From Clostridia bacterium (GTDB lineage Bacteria; Bacillota; Clostridia; Christensenellales; Borkfalkiaceae), in NCBI GenBank assembly GCA_900770685.1, contig CAAGLC010000120.1, positions 1 to 53,793 on the forward strand: DNA of 53,793 bases. Direction: 5' to 3'. The translations under genes and the position numbers were made by a program. Within the stretch, counting starts at the first letter, position 1; every line of letters begins with the position of its first letter. Below, in pieces: positions 25,122 through 34,395 of this stretch. The notes under the pieces were generated by a model. The model saw only the letters and a list, made by a program, of their open reading frames with translations, did not search any database and was not told the origin of the DNA.

Positions 25122-25375
25122 TACTTCTCCTCCATTCTTGAAACGGCTGTAATAAGCCTTGCTCTAATCGTATAATCGAGCGCGCCTTTGTCTTGACAAA
25201 CTACGCTTAAGTTTTCCTTACCTAAATCTTTTAAGGTGTCTTTAATTACCTTTTCGATTTGTTCATGGAAAAAATCGTAAACGATACTTTGTATTTGAAT
25301 TTCCTGCTTGTCGCTAGGTTTAACGGTAATCAAAGCGTCGTTTGATTCTAGCGAGCCGGCAACTCCTATTTTCAT
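25121..25375 (-). CDS. citD: Citrate-lyase-type acyl carrier protein (gamma subunit)
   Basis: MKIGVAGSLESNDALITV carries the prosthetic-group Ser in the ESND-type motif. I take the start at the ATG at 25375 (GGAGAA SD). It overlaps the citE start by 1 nt (TAATG). Confidence 0.8.
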   Translation of the reverse strand: MKIGVAGSLESNDALITVKPSDKQEIQIQSIVYDFFHEQIEKVIKDTLKDLGKENLSVVCQDKGALDYTIRARLITAVSRMEEK

Positions 25376-25440
25376 AAATTTTTCTCCATATATTTTTTTT
25401 GCCTTATATTTGAGGTAAACATAAGGCAAAGTAACTGTTT

Positions 25441-26691
25441 TTATTTCTTTGAACGTCTGTTTGCGCTTGCAATAACTCTGTTCATTTCGTTTTTAACTAT
25501 CATATATCCTTCGTCAACACCCATACCAGGCTTTGCAAGGCATTGAAGCGCTCTACAAGCGATTGCGATATTGGTAGTAGTCTTTGCAGATTGATCGGTT
25601 TCGTTACAAGTTCCGCCACAATAACTGCCGACTCCCTTTTGATTACAATAAACGATAGCCTCTGCAACGTTGTTTACGCCTCCAAGGTCAGGCGTTTTAA
25701 TTTGAAGAACGTGACCTGCGTGTTCGTCTGCAAAAAGTTTAATGTCTTCAAGAGTGTTACACCACTCGTCTGCAACGATTTGGAGTTTACTTCCCGCGTC
25801 GTCGAGCATTTTAGTTAAAATCTTTTCAAACTTAAGAGTTCCTTCTCTATCACCGGTATCTATCGGACCTTCAATACGAATTCTAAACGGTTTAGCCGTT
25901 TTTTCGCACTCAAGTAAATAGTTAAACATTTTATCAACGTCGTAATCAAATGCAAGACCTATCGTTCCATAAACGTCAATGTGGAAAACGGGATCGTAGT
26001 TAGCGTTAACTCTGTATTTTAATATACGGTCTCTAAGCCAAGCGATATAGTCTAAAAGAATTTCGCCCTTTTTACCAAGTTTGGTTTCCACGTTATTGAT
26101 TAATGCGTGAGGAAGAACGTCTGCCTCTTTTATAATCATTTTATCAGCGTTGTCCTTTCTGTCGTCACCCGATTGAGTAAATACGGGAATAGGCTCGTAT
26201 AAATCGCCTTCGATTTCATATTCGTCACGAATTACTTCAGCCATAGTTATACGACGAGCAGTTGCCGTTGCGTTTAGTAAGGCTTGAGATATTCCGTAAC
26301 GAATTGCCGTATGTAAACGCTTTCCGTCAACCGTTAATTTGTCGTATTTTTCTGCTAATGGACGGAACTTAGAAACGTCCTCTCCAATTAGCATAGGTTT
26401 AATATTTTTTTCTATAAATTCAATAAATTCGTCTGCTAAAAAGAGTGGATCTCTTCCGCCTGCTCCAGAATATTGAACGGCAGCGCAATCGCCGTATCCA
26501 ACCGTTCCGTCTTCAAGAACTAATTGAACGGAAATGGCTTCGCCTGCTTGACGAATAGAAGTAAATCCTTCGGTAACGGCTTCGCCAACGTACATAAACC
26601 CGTCGTGTCCTGCGCCTTGTTTAATGGCTTTTTGATCGTCAAAATAAAATCCTGTATATGATTTAGTAAGAATAACGTCGATAATTTTCAT
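25441..26691 (-). CDS. 3-methylaspartate ammonia-lyase
   Basis: The N-terminus MKIIDVILTKSYTGFYFDDQKAIKQGAGHDGF closely parallels clostridial methylaspartase, with an enolase-superfamily C-domain. I prefer the ATG at 26691 (AGGTGA SD) to the listed GTG. Confidence 0.9.
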   Translation of the reverse strand: MKIIDVILTKSYTGFYFDDQKAIKQGAGHDGFMYVGEAVTEGFTSIRQAGEAISVQLVLEDGTVGYGDCAAVQYSGAGGRDPLFLADEFIEFIEKNIKPMLIGEDVSKFRPLAEKYDKLTVDGKRLHTAIRYGISQALLNATATARRITMAEVIRDEYEIEGDLYEPIPVFTQSGDDRKDNADKMIIKEADVLPHALINNVETKLGKKGEILLDYIAWLRDRILKYRVNANYDPVFHIDVYGTIGLAFDYDVDKMFNYLLECEKTAKPFRIRIEGPIDTGDREGTLKFEKILTKMLDDAGSKLQIVADEWCNTLEDIKLFADEHAGHVLQIKTPDLGGVNNVAEAIVYCNQKGVGSYCGGTCNETDQSAKTTTNIAIACRALQCLAKPGMGVDEGYMIVKNEMNRVIASANRRSKK

Positions 26692-26711
26692 TTTTTTCAC
26701 CTATTTAATTA

Positions 26712-28178
26712 TTAAAATTCTCCGTATGAAGGACGACCTACTATATGTCCTAAACTAACTGCGTAAATATCGTCGATTGTAAATTGGAAGGAAACCGGTC
26801 TGTTTTCGGCTTTCGCTCTTTCTTCAATCTTCTTGCGATGAAATTCTTTAATCTCGTCGGTTAAAGCAAGATTACCGAATTCAAAAATTCTTATAAATCC
26901 GTCGTTATCACGAACGGGAAGAATTAAGCCTGCGTTATATTTACTTGGAGCAAACGGAACGTCGATTAAACCTTGCGCGAAGGCGTTTACCGTTCCAACT
27001 GCAATATCCCCGTCGCCAACCTTTAATACGGCGTCGATTAAGCACTTAACTTCCTTCTTAATTTGATTAATTTCGTCACGAAGTTCTTTGCACTCTGGGA
27101 ATTTTTGGTCGCAAAGTAATCTAGTAACCAACTTGGATGCCCTAATACCTTGCGCGTTTGCTTCTTTAGTAGGAATACCAACCGACTCGTGAGGAGTTTT
27201 AGTAATCATTTTGGTTGCGCCTGAAAGCGCGCCAACGGTTGATGATAATGAGATAAGACCTAAAGCCTCCGTTTCGTCGTGCGGGAAGCCTCCCATCCAT
27301 TGATGGAATACGGTCGTTACGATAACGTCGCTGTAGCCGAACTCTTTTAGGTATTCTTCGGTTTGTTCACGGAGAGAGTGAATAGCAGCAACGTCTTGAA
27401 TAATATTTCCACCCATACCGTAACCAACGGTAATATTTTTAACACCCTGTTCCGCCGCCAAAATCGATTCGATAATAGCAACGGCGTTAGAAATACAAGG
27501 GGGAACTAAAGTTCCAGTTAAAGGACCAAACGGCTCTCTATTGATATGAACGCCCTTTTCCTCGTAATATCCTACTAATCTATCACAGTATTGCCAATAC
27601 TTAATAGAATCTTCTAAGGAAATGCTCTTTGCGTAAGGCAAATTATACGAAATTGCGCCACCTTCGTTAGAAGTCCAACCTGCCGCGTGGATAATTTCGG
27701 CTAAAAGTCTAGCGTCCGGAGTTCCGTGTCTTGCTTGAAGAGGAACACCAACCGCGTCAAACACCTGCCTACAACCAACTACTCCGTAGTTTACGCAAGG
27801 GAAACCGTTGAGTAACGCCCTATCGTTCATAATACTTTCTTTTATACCGAGTTCGGCTTCGGCGTATCTGTTTTGACGAGTATAACTATCGATAGTACTC
27901 GGCAAAAAGTCTGCTCCTGCTTGCTCTAAGAAATGTAATAAATCTATATGTTTGTTTATAACGGGAACGCCGGCTCTCGGTTGAACCAAAGTTCTTGCGT
28001 TTTGTCTTTTTGCTTTCGCAAGTTTTTCCGCGAAGTTCTTCTCTTCGGGAATACTTTTTAGAAAGGGTATAGACTCTTCAAAGTCTAGGTGGTAATCTTT
28101 ACCGGTTTTCCAAGTCGCCAAAACTTGTTCACGCTCGTTAAAAAATTCCTTTTCCGTTAATTTTTTGTTTCTTACCAT
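26712..28178 (-). CDS. glmE: Glutamate mutase (methylaspartate mutase) epsilon subunit
   Basis: About 488 aa. The N-terminus [23 protein letters not shown] parallels clostridial GlmE/MutE. The start is either the ATG at 28178 or the GTG at 28187. Confidence 0.9.
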   Translation of the reverse strand: MVRNKKLTEKEFFNEREQVLATWKTGKDYHLDFEESIPFLKSIPEEKNFAEKLAKAKRQNARTLVQPRAGVPVINKHIDLLHFLEQAGADFLPSTIDSYTRQNRYAEAELGIKESIMNDRALLNGFPCVNYGVVGCRQVFDAVGVPLQARHGTPDARLLAEIIHAAGWTSNEGGAISYNLPYAKSISLEDSIKYWQYCDRLVGYYEEKGVHINREPFGPLTGTLVPPCISNAVAIIESILAAEQGVKNITVGYGMGGNIIQDVAAIHSLREQTEEYLKEFGYSDVIVTTVFHQWMGGFPHDETEALGLISLSSTVGALSGATKMITKTPHESVGIPTKEANAQGIRASKLVTRLLCDQKFPECKELRDEINQIKKEVKCLIDAVLKVGDGDIAVGTVNAFAQGLIDVPFAPSKYNAGLILPVRDNDGFIRIFEFGNLALTDEIKEFHRKKIEERAKAENRPVSFQFTIDDIYAVSLGHIVGRPSYGEF

Positions 28179-28202
28179 TTTTCTCACCGTTAGTATTTTT
28201 AT

Positions 28203-29591
28203 TTATAAAGCAACGACGTGCTTTTTTAATATTTTAAGCGCCAACAAAGGATCAATTTCCATAAGCAATCCCATTGCCGACAAAATGTAATCTTTATCTA
28301 ATAGATATCGTGGACTTCTCGGTCTTAACTCAAGCCCTTTGCTCATTGAATATTCTACAGCGTTTAATATCTTTTCTGGAGCGTCGTTATGAACTAAAAC
28401 GCCACCCGTTCCAACTACGTAGTTTATCTTTGATAAATCTTTTCCGTATTGGCTATACAACATACCCATCGGGCTATAGAGTTCTTCCATCTTGCCAACG
28501 TGCCTACTCATAGCCTTGTCCACGCAAATTCTGCCCATAATTCTATCTATCTTGACCTGCTCTTCATTATCTGGAAGATGGTCTGCATGAGCGTGTCTAA
28601 AGGTTAACTCCTTTTCAAGGTCAACTCCCTCGTCGGTATTTATTAAGCGAATTTCTTCCTTAGATAAACTTCCTAACACTCCGAGAGCCGAATATCTCAT
28701 ACCCAAATCGCCCTCAACCGTTCTCTTTGCGTACGGCTCTTCAAGACCTTTTATAACCACGTCGCTTCTTTTAGCCGAAGCCGAACACACCGAGTACATA
28801 TCGGTCGTAGCCCCGCCGATATCTACTAAAACGAGTTCGCCCAATCCACTTTCGTGCATATATCCGTCAGCAAGCAAGGTTATTGCTCTTAAAACGGCTT
28901 CGGGAGTGGGTAAAATGAGTTTATCTATCTCCCCTTCGATTTTCTTTATTCCCTTAGCGACGATTATGTTTTGTAAAAATATTTCTCTTATTTTTTCTCT
29001 GGCGCTCTCTATGTTCAAAACGTTCAATCTCGGCATAACGTTTTCACAGTAGTATTCGTTCATTTGATACGCCGTCGCCATTTCTTTAATCTGGTCGGTG
29101 CAATTTTTATTGCCTGCGAATATAATCGGTATTTTCACACCCCTTTCGCAAAGCATTTTTTGATTAAAAAGCACGCACTCGGTATTTCCACCGTCCGTTC
29201 CGCCGGATAATAAAATTATATCGATTTTCTTTTCTATGATTTTATCAACGTCCTCGTTAGTGAGATGGTGTGAAAAGGCTAACTCTACTTTAGCACCTGC
29301 CCCTAAACACACTCTTTTAGACGCTTCGAGCGTTAGTTCTTCAACCAAACCGATTGCAGCCATTTTTAGTCCGCCCGCAGCCGAAGAACAGCCTATAATT
29401 TTATCGAACTTAAGGTCGTTTTCCCCAAGTTTTTTGCCGAGTTCACTAAGCGCGTTTTTATATCCTATGGTGATATCGGTATCCACCGTTGTAAAATGAC
29501 TTGCAGTTGCAATAACGTCCTCCGAAATTGAATCAACCGCCGTCAATTTAGTAAAAGTAGAACCGAAATCTATCATTAGATAACGGCTCAT
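28203..29591 (-). CDS. glmL: GlmL/MutL glutamate mutase accessory (reactivase-like, ASKHA fold)
   Basis: 462 aa with IDFGSTFTKL and DIGGATTD ATPase motifs. It lies between glmS and glmE, as in clostridial mut operons. Confidence 0.85.
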   Translation of the reverse strand: MSRYLMIDFGSTFTKLTAVDSISEDVIATASHFTTVDTDITIGYKNALSELGKKLGENDLKFDKIIGCSSAAGGLKMAAIGLVEELTLEASKRVCLGAGAKVELAFSHHLTNEDVDKIIEKKIDIILLSGGTDGGNTECVLFNQKMLCERGVKIPIIFAGNKNCTDQIKEMATAYQMNEYYCENVMPRLNVLNIESAREKIREIFLQNIIVAKGIKKIEGEIDKLILPTPEAVLRAITLLADGYMHESGLGELVLVDIGGATTDMYSVCSASAKRSDVVIKGLEEPYAKRTVEGDLGMRYSALGVLGSLSKEEIRLINTDEGVDLEKELTFRHAHADHLPDNEEQVKIDRIMGRICVDKAMSRHVGKMEELYSPMGMLYSQYGKDLSKINYVVGTGGVLVHNDAPEKILNAVEYSMSKGLELRPRSPRYLLDKDYILSAMGLLMEIDPLLALKILKKHVVAL

Positions 29592-29595
29592 ATCT

Positions 29596-30000
29596 CTATT
29601 CTCCCAATACTTCTCTTATATCGGGCAAGGTTTCTTCTATAGGTACTCCAGGGCCGTAAACTTTGTTAAAGCCCATTGCTTCGAATCTCGCTCTTACGCT
29701 TTCAAAATTTTGCTTACCAACAACGATATTTCCACCAACGAATAAGGGGATATCGCCTATTCCTGCTTCAATACAATTCTCTCTCATTCCACGGCAATCA
29801 ATTTCGCCTTGTCCGTAAAGCGAAGATACTAATATTAAATCGGCTTTAGTTTCGATTGCAGCGTTAATAAAATCTTCTTGAGAAGACAATACGCCGATAT
29901 TAACGACGTTATAACCCTCGTTTTTAAGAACGTACTCGATTATCTTATTTCCAACTGCGTGAACGTCTGCTCCAATAACGCCTATTACGATAGTTTTCAT
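29596..30000 (-). CDS. glmS: Glutamate mutase sigma subunit (B12-binding)
   Basis: 134 aa with the DxHxxG base-off/His-on motif ([10 protein letters not shown]). Confidence 0.9.
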   Translation of the reverse strand: MKTIVIGVIGADVHAVGNKIIEYVLKNEGYNVVNIGVLSSQEDFINAAIETKADLILVSSLYGQGEIDCRGMRENCIEAGIGDIPLFVGGNIVVGKQNFESVRARFEAMGFNKVYGPGVPIEETLPDIREVLGE

Positions 30001-30033
30001 TTACTTCTACCTTCAGTTTTTTTCGTTAAATTC

Positions 30034-30062
30034 AGTATAACATTTCTATCTTTTTTTATCAA
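30034..30062 (-). promoter_or_regulatory. Sigma-A type promoter of the glm-mal-cit operon
   Basis: Minus strand TTGATA, 17-nt spacer, TGtTATACT (extended -10). A second GGTTGATAA copy lies 53 nt upstream (30109-30117). Confidence 0.55.
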
Positions 30063-30121
30063 CCTTTTTCGTAAAAAAAGTTTAACATCTTTTGTTCGCA
30101 AATTACTCTTATCAACCCTTT

Positions 30122-30161
30122 AAAAACAAAAAAACCTCGCTCGCGAGGTTAATATTTTTTT
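30122..30161. terminator. Bidirectional rho-independent terminator
   Basis: Stem aacctc(g)/(c)gaggtt between an A-rich run and T7. On the minus strand it ends the small-ORF operon. Confidence 0.7.
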
Positions 30162-30185
30162 GCTTATTTTCTTTTTATCGTCTTC

Positions 30186-30311
30186 TTATCTTCTCCTTTT
30201 AGACCTTCTATTTCTCGAATATCCGTCGCCTCCCGCTAGAATACTCATTATAAATACTCCTAAAATGACTCCTATCCAAATCCCAATTATAAGCCACCAT
30301 ACTCCAGCCAT
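30186..30311 (-). CDS. Unannotated 41-aa single-pass membrane peptide with an Arg-rich tail (MAGVWWLIIGIWIGVILGVFIMSILAGGDGYSRNRRSKRRR)
   Basis: GGAGGA SD 7 nt upstream of the ATG. It starts 14 nt after the stop of the zinc-ribbon ORF and is followed by a terminator. It is below the ORF-track cut-off. Confidence 0.5.
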   Translation of the reverse strand: MAGVWWLIIGIWIGVILGVFIMSILAGGDGYSRNRRSKRRR

Positions 30312-30325
30312 TTAAGTTTCCTCCA

Positions 30326-30478
30326 CTATTTGTTTTTAGGTTTATCCCATTTTTCGTGTACCCACTCTAAATCTTTATTCAACTTCTCCTCGCACTCGAA
30401 ACATATCGAACGCTTTACGTTTATTTCTTTCCCGCAAATTTTACAGAATCGTTTTATCAAGTGAGTGTATTTCATCAT
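30326..30478 (-). CDS. Unannotated 50-aa zinc-ribbon protein (MMKYTHLIKRFCKICGKEINVKRSICFECEEKLNKDLEWVHEKWDKPKNK)
   Basis: GGAGAAAA SD directly upstream. CxxC-N10-CxxC arrangement. Divergent from the XRE gene. Below the ORF-track cut-off. Confidence 0.5.
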   Translation of the reverse strand: MMKYTHLIKRFCKICGKEINVKRSICFECEEKLNKDLEWVHEKWDKPKNK

Positions 30479-30505
30479 TTTTCTCCAAAATTTGTATATA
30501 TTGAC

Positions 30506-30534
30506 ATTTTACACCATTTTATGATGTATGTCAA
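30506..30534 (-). promoter_or_regulatory. Sigma-A type promoter for the zinc-ribbon/TM-peptide operon
   Basis: Minus strand TTGACA (30534-30529), 17-nt spacer, TAAAAT (30511-30506). It overlaps the direct repeats and a + strand TTGACA (30501-30506). Confidence 0.5.
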
Positions 30535-30551
30535 ACCATTTTGTGATGTAT
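30513..30551. promoter_or_regulatory. Two 17-nt direct repeats, candidate XRE operator
   Basis: ACCATTTTATGATGTAT (30513-30529) and ACCATTTTGTGATGTAT (30535-30551) match at 16 of 17 positions. The period is 22 nt. They lie between the divergent genes. Confidence 0.5.
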
Positions 30552-30602
30552 TTTTTATAATATTTCTCGTCATATAAGGGGAAAATAAGGTGGGAAAGGA
30601 AA

Positions 30603-30818
30603 ATGAATATAAAATTAGAGGTTGGAAAAAGGCTAAAGGAATCGAGAAGAATTGCAGGATACACGCAAAAAGAGGTTGCGGAAAAAATGCTAATGACACA
30701 ACAGCAATACAGTAGATTTGAGAACGGAGTATTTGAACTAAACTACGAGCAGATTATATTTTTATGCAATTTGTTTGACGTTTCTTCAGATTTTCTCTTA
30801 GGTCTTGAAATTTTTTAA
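30603..30818 (+). CDS. XRE-family helix-turn-helix transcriptional regulator (71 aa)
   Basis: LKESRRIAGYTQKEVAEKMLMTQQQYSRFENG is a classic Cro/C1-type HTH. An SD-like GGGAAAGGA lies upstream. Confidence 0.85.
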   Translation: MNIKLEVGKRLKESRRIAGYTQKEVAEKMLMTQQQYSRFENGVFELNYEQIIFLCNLFDVSSDFLLGLEIF

Positions 30819-30819
30819 T

Positions 30820-30853
30820 AAAAAAAAGCGTGATTGTAATCACGCTTTTTATT
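30820..30853. terminator. Bidirectional rho-independent terminator
   Basis: A8, stem gcgtgat/atcacgc, then T5. It sits between the convergent XRE gene and gap. Confidence 0.8.
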
Positions 30854-30868
30854 TATCCTAAAATAAAA

Positions 30869-31894
30869 CTATTTAATTTCTGAGAAGTATTTAATAGTTC
30901 TAACCATTTGGCTGGTGTAGGAGTTTTCGTTGTCGTACCAAGAAACAACTTGTACTTGATAAGTATCGTCGTCAATCTTAGAAACCATAGTTTGAGTAGC
31001 ATCAAACAATGAACCGTATTTCATACCGATAACGTCTGAAGAAACGATTTCGTCGGTGTTATATCCGAAAGATTCGGTTGCTTGAGCCTTCATTGCTGCG
31101 TTGATACCTTCTTTAGTTACGTCCTTACCCTTAACTACTGCGATAAGAATAGTGGTAGAACCGGTTGCGGTAGGAACACGTTGAGCAGCGCCGATAAGTT
31201 TTCCGTTGAGTTCAGGAATAACTAAGCCGATTGCTTTTGCTGCGCCGGTGCTGTTAGGAACGATGTTCATTGCGCCTGCTCTTGAACGTCTCTTGTCGCC
31301 CTTTCTTTGAGGTCCGTCAAGAATCATTTGGTCGCCGGTATAAGCGTGAACGGTGGTCATAATACCGCTTACGATAGGAGCGTAATCATTAAGAGCCTTT
31401 GCCATAGGAGCAAGACAGTTAGTGGTGCAAGATGCAGCCGAAATAATGTGATCGTCCTTGGTTAAGGTGTTGTGGTTTACGTTGTAAACGATAGTGGGAA
31501 GGTCGTTACCTGCAGGAGCAGAAATAACAACGTTCTTTGCGCCAGCGTCGATATGAGCTTGTGCTTTTGCCTTGCTGGTATAGAAACCGGTACATTCTAA
31601 AACAACGTCAACGTCGAGTTCACCCCAAGGAAGTTCTGCTGCGTTTGCTTTTGCGTAGATGGTGATTTCCTTTCCGTCTACAACGATAGAACTTTCTTTA
31701 GCTTCTACAGTGTGACCTGCTGCTACGTAGTTTCCTTGCATTGTATCGTACTTTAAAAGATGAGCGAGCATTTCAGGACTGGTTAAGTCGTTGATAGCAA
31801 CAACTTCGTAGCCTTCTGCGCCAAACATCTGTCTGAAAGCAAGACGACCGATTCTGCCGAAACCGTTAATTGCAACTTTAGTTACTTTTGACAT
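30869..31894 (-). CDS. gap: Type I glyceraldehyde-3-phosphate dehydrogenase
   Basis: INGFGRIGR Rossmann motif and active-site SCTTNC. I prefer the ATG at 31894 (GGAGGA SD) to the listed 31909. Confidence 0.95.
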   Translation of the reverse strand: MSKVTKVAINGFGRIGRLAFRQMFGAEGYEVVAINDLTSPEMLAHLLKYDTMQGNYVAAGHTVEAKESSIVVDGKEITIYAKANAAELPWGELDVDVVLECTGFYTSKAKAQAHIDAGAKNVVISAPAGNDLPTIVYNVNHNTLTKDDHIISAASCTTNCLAPMAKALNDYAPIVSGIMTTVHAYTGDQMILDGPQRKGDKRRSRAGAMNIVPNSTGAAKAIGLVIPELNGKLIGAAQRVPTATGSTTILIAVVKGKDVTKEGINAAMKAQATESFGYNTDEIVSSDVIGMKYGSLFDATQTMVSKIDDDTYQVQVVSWYDNENSYTSQMVRTIKYFSEIK

Positions 31895-32029
31895 TTTTAT
31901 GTCCTCCAATAATATATTTCAATTTGTTCCTTTTTATTATATAAACTTGTAGCCGTTTAGTCAAACGTTATAACGGGTAAAATACAATTAAACTTCTCTT
32001 TTTGCCATTTTTTTGCTTTTTTCGTTTGT

Positions 32030-33145
32030 CTACCTTAAATTTTCAGGATTTAGACCTAATAAATCTTGGGTTACAAACTTTCCGTTCTTCCTTATTAGTT
32101 CTCCGTCTAAATAGATTTCTCCTCCGCCGTACTCTTTGGTTTGAATTTGAACCAAATCCCAATGAATTGCAGAATTATTGCCGTTATTGCAACTTTCATA
32201 ACAACTACCGGGCGTAAAGTGGATTGAGCCGGAAATCTTTTCGTCGAAAAGTATATCAGACATTGGTTTGGTGATATAAGGATTAACTCCTAAGGCGAAC
32301 TCGCCGATATACCTTGCGCCTTGGTCGGTATCTAAGAGTTGATTAATTTTCTTTTGGTCGTTTGCATACGCCTCAACGATTTTTCCATCCTTAAACACCA
32401 ACTTAACGTTTTCAAACTTAAATCCGTTATAAATGGACGGCGTATTGTAGGCTATAACTCCGTTAACGCTATCTTTTACGGGCGCAGTATAAATTTCTCC
32501 GTCCGGAATATTACAATGTCCCGAACATTTCTTACTGCCTATTCCTTTTATAGAAAAACTTAAATCGGTGTCTTTAGCGATAATTCTCACTTTGTCGGCC
32601 CTATCTAAACGCGCTTTTAATGAGTTCATAGCCTCGTCCATTTTCGAATAATCTAAATTACAAACGGTAAAGTAAAAATCTTCAAACGCTTCGGTACTCA
32701 TTCCCGCCGATTGAGCCATTGACGGAGTTGGATATCTTAACACGACCCATTTGGTTTTTTTAACTCTGGTTTCGTGATGCACGGGGTGGGAATAATATTG
32801 ATTTTCTATTTGGAGCTTCTCGTCCGGAACGTCTGCGTTTTCGTTAGAGTTCTCTCCCCCTCTAATGCCTATATAAGCATCCATTTCTTGCATTCTAGCT
32901 AAAGCGTATTTGGCTTTTAATTGCGTTTGTTCTTTGGTCTCGCCAAGCAAGAGTTCTCTCGTTACTCTGTTGTCGTACATTTCAACGAAAGGATAAGCCC
33001 CTACCTTATACGCTTCTCTAATTAGAGCGTTAACTAACATATAGTCAACCCCTCTCGCCTCGATTAGAATTTTTTCGCCTTTTTTTAGAGAGCAAGAGTA
33101 ATTTATTAGGTTGCTCGCAAGTTTTATGATTCGATTATCCAGCAT
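32030..33145 (-). CDS. M29-family aminopeptidase (AmpS/PepS-like)
   Basis: IKLASNLINYSCSLKKGEKILIE at the N-terminus is typical of M29. I take the start at the ATG at 33145 (GGGGAG SD). Confidence 0.8.
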   Translation of the reverse strand: MLDNRIIKLASNLINYSCSLKKGEKILIEARGVDYMLVNALIREAYKVGAYPFVEMYDNRVTRELLLGETKEQTQLKAKYALARMQEMDAYIGIRGGENSNENADVPDEKLQIENQYYSHPVHHETRVKKTKWVVLRYPTPSMAQSAGMSTEAFEDFYFTVCNLDYSKMDEAMNSLKARLDRADKVRIIAKDTDLSFSIKGIGSKKCSGHCNIPDGEIYTAPVKDSVNGVIAYNTPSIYNGFKFENVKLVFKDGKIVEAYANDQKKINQLLDTDQGARYIGEFALGVNPYITKPMSDILFDEKISGSIHFTPGSCYESCNNGNNSAIHWDLVQIQTKEYGGGEIYLDGELIRKNGKFVTQDLLGLNPENLR

Positions 33146-33310
33146 AAAAACTCCCCGTAACTTATTTGTTAACATTATTATACATCTTTATATACTTTTT
33201 ATAAAGTATTTTGACTAAATTAAATAAAATTGTTTGATATTTGCATAAAAAAAAGGTATAATAAAAAAAGAAATCTTAAGAAAAATTAAATTTATATGGA
33301 GAATAGACAA

Positions 33311-34306
33311 ATGGCATTAGTAAACTCAAAGAAAATGTTTGAACAAGCCGCTAAAGGTGGCTATGCAATCGGCGCTTTCAACGTTAACAACATGGAAATC
33401 GTTCAAGGCATCACCGAAGCCTGCAAAGAAGCAAACGCTCCCGTTATTTTACAAGTAAGTAAGGGCGCAAGAGCATACGCAAATCACACGTATCTCGTTA
33501 AGTTAGTTGAAGCAGCAGTTTTAGAATGTCCTGAAATTCCAATCGTTTTACACCTTGACCACGGTCCCGATTTCGAAACCTGTAAAGCATGTATCGACGG
33601 TGGATTTACCTCGGTTATGATTGACGGAAGCCATCTCTCTTTTGAAGAAAACGTTGCTCTCACCAAAAAGGTTGTAGACTACGCTCACGACGTTGAAGCT
33701 CGTGGCAGATACATAACCGTTGAAGGCGAACTTGGAACCTTAGCAGGTATTGAAGATGACGTTAAGGTTGAACACGGCGCAGAAAGTTATACTAAACCCG
33801 AAGAAGTTGTTGAATTCGTTAAGAGAACGGGCGTTGACTCTCTTGCTATCGCTATCGGAACTTCACACGGCGCATACAAATTTAAACCCGAACAATGTAC
33901 CAGAAACGAACAAGGAATTTTAGTTCCTCCGGCTCTCCGTTTCGATATATTAAAGGCTGTTGCTAAGGAACTCGGCGATTTCCCAATCGTTTTACACGGT
34001 TCTTCTTCAGTTCCTCAAGATTACGTTAAGATGGTTAACGATAACGGCGGTAAAATGCCAGACGCTATCGGTGTTCCCGAAGAACAACTTCGTGAAGCTG
34101 CAAAACTTTCAGTTTGCAAAATTAATATCGACTCTGACCTCCGTTTAGCAATGACCGGTACTATCAGAAAGTTCTTCAACGATCAACCTTCTAAGTTTGA
34201 CCCCAGAGAATACTTAAAACCTGCAAGAGCAAACATTAAAGAAATCGTTAAACACAAACTCGTTAACGTTTTAGGTTGCGCAGGCAAAGCTGACGAATGC
34301 AGATAA
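33311..34306 (+). CDS. fba: Class II fructose-1,6-bisphosphate aldolase
   Basis: GGYAIGAFNVNNME, LHLDHG and HGSSSVP motifs. I prefer the ATG at 33311 (GGAGAA SD) to the listed 33296. Confidence 0.93.
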   Translation: MALVNSKKMFEQAAKGGYAIGAFNVNNMEIVQGITEACKEANAPVILQVSKGARAYANHTYLVKLVEAAVLECPEIPIVLHLDHGPDFETCKACIDGGFTSVMIDGSHLSFEENVALTKKVVDYAHDVEARGRYITVEGELGTLAGIEDDVKVEHGAESYTKPEEVVEFVKRTGVDSLAIAIGTSHGAYKFKPEQCTRNEQGILVPPALRFDILKAVAKELGDFPIVLHGSSSVPQDYVKMVNDNGGKMPDAIGVPEEQLREAAKLSVCKINIDSDLRLAMTGTIRKFFNDQPSKFDPREYLKPARANIKEIVKHKLVNVLGCAGKADECR

Positions 34307-34317
34307 TTTAACTTAAA

Positions 34318-34353
34318 ATAAAAAACGAAGCGATAAATTCGCTTCGTTTTTTA
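34318..34353. terminator. Bidirectional rho-independent terminator
   Basis: Stem cgaagcga/tcgcttcg between an A-run and T6. Confidence 0.8.
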
Positions 34354-34395
34354 TTATAATTAAATGCTTTTATTATGATTAAATTTTTTTAATCT

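Noticed and set aside
20527-25375. Calling the citDEFC/XG genes a citrate fermentation locus
   Set aside because: There is no citrate transporter, oxaloacetate decarboxylase or citrate-responsive regulator nearby. The genes are contiguous with glutamate mutase and methylaspartase, which favours citramalate lyase. The family-level call is kept but the substrate is left open.
30475-30699. 74-aa minus-strand ORF spanning the XRE promoter and the 5' part of the XRE gene
   Set aside because: It is antisense to a clear XRE HTH gene and covers the operator and promoter. The SD-preceded 50-aa zinc-ribbon ORF starts at 30478 in a different arrangement and is the better model.
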